A stretch of DNA of 64,000 nt from an uncultured Eubacterium sp. GTDB taxonomy: Bacteria; Bacillota; Clostridia; Lachnospirales; Lachnospiraceae. The notes beneath the pieces are model-generated. The model saw only the letters and a program-made list of their open reading frames with translations, did no database searches and was not told the DNA's origin. The translations under genes were made by a program, and so were the position numbers. Positions 60,204-64,000 of the stretch are shown one piece after another. Position 1 is the first letter of the stretch. Every line of letters begins with the position of its first letter. Where the stretch lies: contig CAJUBZ010000009.1 of assembly GCA_910584795.1 (NCBI GenBank), forward strand, positions 21,396-85,395. Direction: 5' to 3'.

Positions 60204-61127
60204 CTACGACTTGGTATTAATATATGAACAAGCCCCAAGTGCTGCCACAGCTCCATCAGATGTAGCTGTAGTAAGTTGTCTTACAGATTTGGTTCTGCAG
60301 TCGCCTGCCGCATAAACTCCTTCACAGTTTGTTTTACAGTCTTCGCCCGCTGCAATATATCCATATTCATCCAATTTCACAACATTTGAGAAAACATCAT
60401 TGTCTGGTACCTGTCCAACAGCAATAAATAAACCGTTGATAGATATTTTCTCAGACTTATCTCCATCTTTTTCTTTTACCATTATGGATTCTAAAGCTTC
60501 TTCCCCTTGGATTTCCTCTACAACACGATTTAACAAAAAAACTACATTATCTTTTGCCCTTAAGGACTCTTCCAACTGTTTTTCTCCTCTGAACGTATCT
60601 CTTCTGTGAATAATATAAACTTTATTACAATAATCAGACAAAAACAATGCGTCCTCTAAAGCGGTGTTTCCACCGCCAACAACTGCCACATCTCTGTTTC
60701 TAAAAAACATTCCATCACATGTAGCACAATAAGATACTCCCTTGCCTGTCAGTTCTTTTTCTCCCAAAACATTCAATGTTCTATTTTTCGCTCCTGTGGC
60801 AATAATAACTGATTTCGCAGTATATGAATTGTTATTTACCGTAACTTTCTTTGTATTGCCACAATCTTTAATCTTTGTTACTTTTCCATTCATGTATTCT
60901 GCACCGAGTCCTTTTGCCTGATTATATAAATTCGTAGCAAAAGAAGTCCCTGATATATTCTCAATCCCTGGATAATTTTCTACCTGAGGTGTATTAATAA
61001 TCTGTCCACCATACATTTTTTCCTCAATTAGCAGAATAGACTTCCCGGATCTTACTCCATATATTGCGGCAGTCATTCCTGATGCGCCTGCTCCAACGAT
61101 AATAATATCATAATCTACTTTGTTCAT
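60204..61127 (-). CDS. trxB: Thioredoxin reductase
   Basis: GAGASG, VENYPG, SYCATCDG, GGGNTA. Confidence 0.95.
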   Translation of the reverse strand: MNKVDYDIIIVGAGASGMTAAIYGVRSGKSILLIEEKMYGGQIINTPQVENYPGIENISGTSFATNLYNQAKGLGAEYMNGKVTKIKDCGNTKKVTVNNNSYTAKSVIIATGAKNRTLNVLGEKELTGKGVSYCATCDGMFFRNRDVAVVGGGNTALEDALFLSDYCNKVYIIHRRDTFRGEKQLEESLRAKDNVVFLLNRVVEEIQGEEALESIMVKEKDGDKSEKISINGLFIAVGQVPDNDVFSNVVKLDEYGYIAAGEDCKTNCEGVYAAGDCRTKSVRQLTTATSDGAVAALGACSYINTKS

Positions 61128-61173
61128 ACGCTCTCCTTAATTACCATAGCAAAAAAAATTGATATAAATATAA

Positions 61174-61482
61174 TTATTTTACCAGATTTAAGATGTCTTC
61201 TTTAGATACCAGCCCTACAGATTTATTAACTTCTTCTCCATTCTGAATTACAACAACCGTTGGTATACTCATAACATTATATCTCATGGCAAGTTCCGGC
61301 TCATCATCTACATTAATCTTACAAACCTTAACACTGCTATTCTCTTCTGCCACCTCATCTATTATTGGACTTAACATCTTACAAGGACCACACCAATCTG
61401 CAAAAAAGTCTACCAGCACCTTCCCTTCTGCTTTTAATACCTCTGTTTCAAAACTTTCCTTACTTACTTTTATTACTGCCAT
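61174..61482 (-). CDS. trxA: Thioredoxin
   Basis: WCGPC active site. Confidence 0.96.
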   Translation of the reverse strand: MAVIKVSKESFETEVLKAEGKVLVDFFADWCGPCKMLSPIIDEVAEENSSVKVCKINVDDEPELAMRYNVMSIPTVVVIQNGEEVNKSVGLVSKEDILNLVK

Positions 61483-61590
61483 AATCAGCCTCCTATCTCT
61501 TTATTTATATATACCTGTAATTTTATTTTTAACAGGTTAAGGTTGAAATCATCTTTCACCTTAATTTCTTTTAAATATAGTATAACCATT

Positions 61591-64000
61591 TTATTCAATT
61601 AAACCAATACTATTTTTTGTTTTTTCTTTTATATATTTTATTAATTGAATTATTGTTGTAGGAATAAAAGATAGTAATAAAATAACAAACAGTCCTTCTT
61701 TTGAAATTGTGAGAACATTAAATATATATTTCAAATATGGAATATATATAATCATGAAAACAAGCATTACTCCTAATAAAAAAGCCCCGATACTATATTT
61801 ATTTGAAAATAATCCTATCTTGAATACGGAACCTTCATTCCGGCAGTTAAATCCATGAAACAGTCTTGCAACTGTCAATGTAATAAATGCATATGTCATA
61901 GCAAGTTCCGGATTAGTTTTTAATCCGATAAAATAAGAGATTAGTGTTACAACAGATATCAGTGTACCCTGCCATAATACTCTGCCACAAAATTCTTTTG
62001 TTAAAATTCCTTCTTTTTGATTTCTCGGCTTCTGGTTTAACAGGCTTTTATCATTTTTTTCCATACCAATTGCTAATGCCGGAAAAGAATCCGTTACGAG
62101 ATTAATAAATAATAACTGTATTGCAGTAAATGGAGATGGTAATGCCAGCAATGACGTAACCAATACAGTGATAATTCCTGCCATATTACCTGATAACAAA
62201 AAGACAATTGCATTTTTAATATTTCGATAAACATTTCTTCCATTAGATACTGCCTGAATAATGGTAGAAAAATTATCGTCCGTTATAACCATATCCGAAG
62301 CATCTTTCGCTACTTCCGTACCTGTTCCCATACCGACCCCGATGTCTGCTCTTTTTAATGCCGGTGCATCATTAACACCATCCCCAGTCATTGCTGTTAT
62401 ATTTCCCAACTGCTGCCATGCCTTTACAATTCGTATCTTTGTCTCTGGAGAAACTCTTGCAAAAACAGATACTTTTGGTAATACCTCCAATAATTTTTGA
62501 TCTGAAATTCTTTCCACTTCTTTTCCACTAAAAACAATATCTCCTTCATGATATATTCCCACCTCTTCTGCAATAGATGCTGCTGTAAGTTCATTATCAC
62601 CTGTTATCATAACAGTTTTTATACCTGCCATCTTTGCTGACTCTACAGCATCCCTTGACTGTATTCTTGGTGGATCTATCATAGATATCAATCCTATAAA
62701 TATTAATTCATTTTCACATTCGATTGTCAGATCTTCATCTGTATTTTTATATGCAAAAGCTAATACTCTTTTTCCCTTCCCCGCATATTTTGTATTATAT
62801 TTATCCAACTGCTCTCTATCCTGGCTATTTATTTCACGCACCTGATTCTTTTCAACAATATACCTGCATCGGCTGACAATGACCTCATAAGCACCTTTTG
62901 TATAAAGAGTCTCCTGCCCATCAATAAAACATTTTACACTCATCATCTTTCTTTCAGAATCAAAAGGAAGCTCCTCTGTCCGTCTGATTTCATTTTTTAT
63001 TTTTTGCACACTGCCGGAAAGATTCATTTGATTTCCCATATCAAGCAGGGCAGTCTCTGTAGGGTCTCCTCTCAATCCACTTTCGCAAAACTCCGCATCA
63101 TTATTTAACACAGCACAATATAGCAACTGTGTTTTTCCCTCACTGTCCATTTGAAATGATTGTGGAATCATAGATTCCCCTTCTACATATATATCTTTTA
63201 CTGTCATTTTATTTTGTGTTAACGTTCCTGTTTTATCCGAACATATAACAGAAACACATCCTAAAGTTTCAACTGCTTTCAGGTTTCTGATAATCGCATT
63301 TTCTTTTGCCATATGGCTCGTGCCAATCGCCTGAACAATGGTAATGATAGAACTCAATGCCTCAGGAATTGCCGCCACCGCCAACGCCACTGCAAACATC
63401 AAAGAATCTAACACATTCCAGCCTCTTAACCAATATAATAAAAATACAACTGCACTAATTGCCATAATAACAATCGCCAGATTTCTGCTGAATCTGTCTA
63501 AACTTATTTGCAATGGAGTCTTCCTGCTTTTTTCATTATTCAGCATCGTTGCAATCTTTCCGATTTCCGTATCCATACCTATCGATGTAACCACAATCTC
63601 TGCTCTTCCATATGTTACATAGGTTCCTGAATAACCCTTATCTGTTTTTTCTACACTCACAGATTCACCCGTAATTGCACTTTCATTCACTTTTAGTGAA
63701 TAATTTTTGTCAATATTACCATCTGCAACAATCATATCACCTGCTTCAACAAGCAGTCTGTCCCCCGGCTCTACATCAATGCTATTTATCTCTACTGTAT
63801 TACCCTCACATATTACCTTTGCTTTTGGAGAAGAGAGTCTTTTCAATCCTTCTATGGATTTTCTTGCTTTAACTTCCTGAACCGTACCTAAAACAGCATT
63901 CAGCAATATAACAATAAATATCACAACAGCATTTTCTGTTCCTCCTGATAATACAGATATTACAGCTATAAAAATTAATATTAAAACTAACAAGTCACAA
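61591..64000 (-). CDS. P-type IIA cation (Ca2+)-transporting ATPase; start lies beyond the window
   Basis: TGES, IPEAL, DKTGTLT, MITGD, GDGVNDAP. Confidence 0.92.
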   Translation of the reverse strand, partial: CDLLVLILIFIAVISVLSGGTENAVVIFIVILLNAVLGTVQEVKARKSIEGLKRLSSPKAKVICEGNTVEINSIDVEPGDRLLVEAGDMIVADGNIDKNYSLKVNESAITGESVSVEKTDKGYSGTYVTYGRAEIVVTSIGMDTEIGKIATMLNNEKSRKTPLQISLDRFSRNLAIVIMAISAVVFLLYWLRGWNVLDSLMFAVALAVAAIPEALSSIITIVQAIGTSHMAKENAIIRNLKAVETLGCVSVICSDKTGTLTQNKMTVKDIYVEGESMIPQSFQMDSEGKTQLLYCAVLNNDAEFCESGLRGDPTETALLDMGNQMNLSGSVQKIKNEIRRTEELPFDSERKMMSVKCFIDGQETLYTKGAYEVIVSRCRYIVEKNQVREINSQDREQLDKYNTKYAGKGKRVLAFAYKNTDEDLTIECENELIFIGLISMIDPPRIQSRDAVESAKMAGIKTVMITGDNELTAASIAEEVGIYHEGDIVFSGKEVERISDQKLLEVLPKVSVFARVSPETKIRIVKAWQQLGNITAMTGDGVNDAPALKRADIGVGMGTGTEVAKDASDMVITDDNFSTIIQAVSNGRNVYRNIKNAIVFLLSGNMAGIITVLVTSLLALPSPFTAIQLLFINLVTDSFPALAIGMEKNDKSLLNQKPRNQKEGILTKEFCGRVLWQGTLISVVTLISYFIGLKTNPELAMTYAFITLTVARLFHGFNCRNEGSVFKIGLFSNKYSIGAFLLGVMLVFMIIYIPYLKYIFNVLTISKEGLFVILLLSFIPTTIIQLIKYIKEKTKNSIGLIE

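Overview
AT-rich Clostridia chromosome segment; gene content and order resemble gut Lachnospiraceae, a spore-former by inference. Nearly all genes are on the minus strand. It is mostly housekeeping: pyrBI, punA, rnpB, dgt-dnaG-trmK, two tRNA-Leu genes, thrS with T-box, infC-rpmI-rplT with L20 leader, guaB, fakA/yloU, rpmB, metF with split MetH, lysA, malQ, ung, hisHF, tmRNA, trxAB and two two-component systems. The most interesting signals are: (1) a dispersed family of roughly 125-145 bp structured intergenic elements (terminal inverted repeat, stem, CTCRCC linker, long stem with CAAG loop, terminal repeat). Three full-length homologs show compensatory base changes, and about six more divergent relatives sit in leaders and spacers of highly expressed genes, several flanked by local duplications. 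(2) A cysD-cysNC-arylsulfate sulfotransferase-sulfonate ABC operon with no reductases, suggesting an undescribed sulfation system. (3) A secreted WapA/RHS-like N-terminus + DNRLRE + metzincin protein with a long structured leader and a candidate partner gene. (4) A rare tRNA-Leu(AAG), together with an apparent ACU T-box specifier. (5) rpoD missing from the dnaG operon, a 250 bp palindrome beside rnpB, and an integration scar at tmRNA. No CRISPR array, transposase or integrase was seen. All calls are by eye, without database searches.
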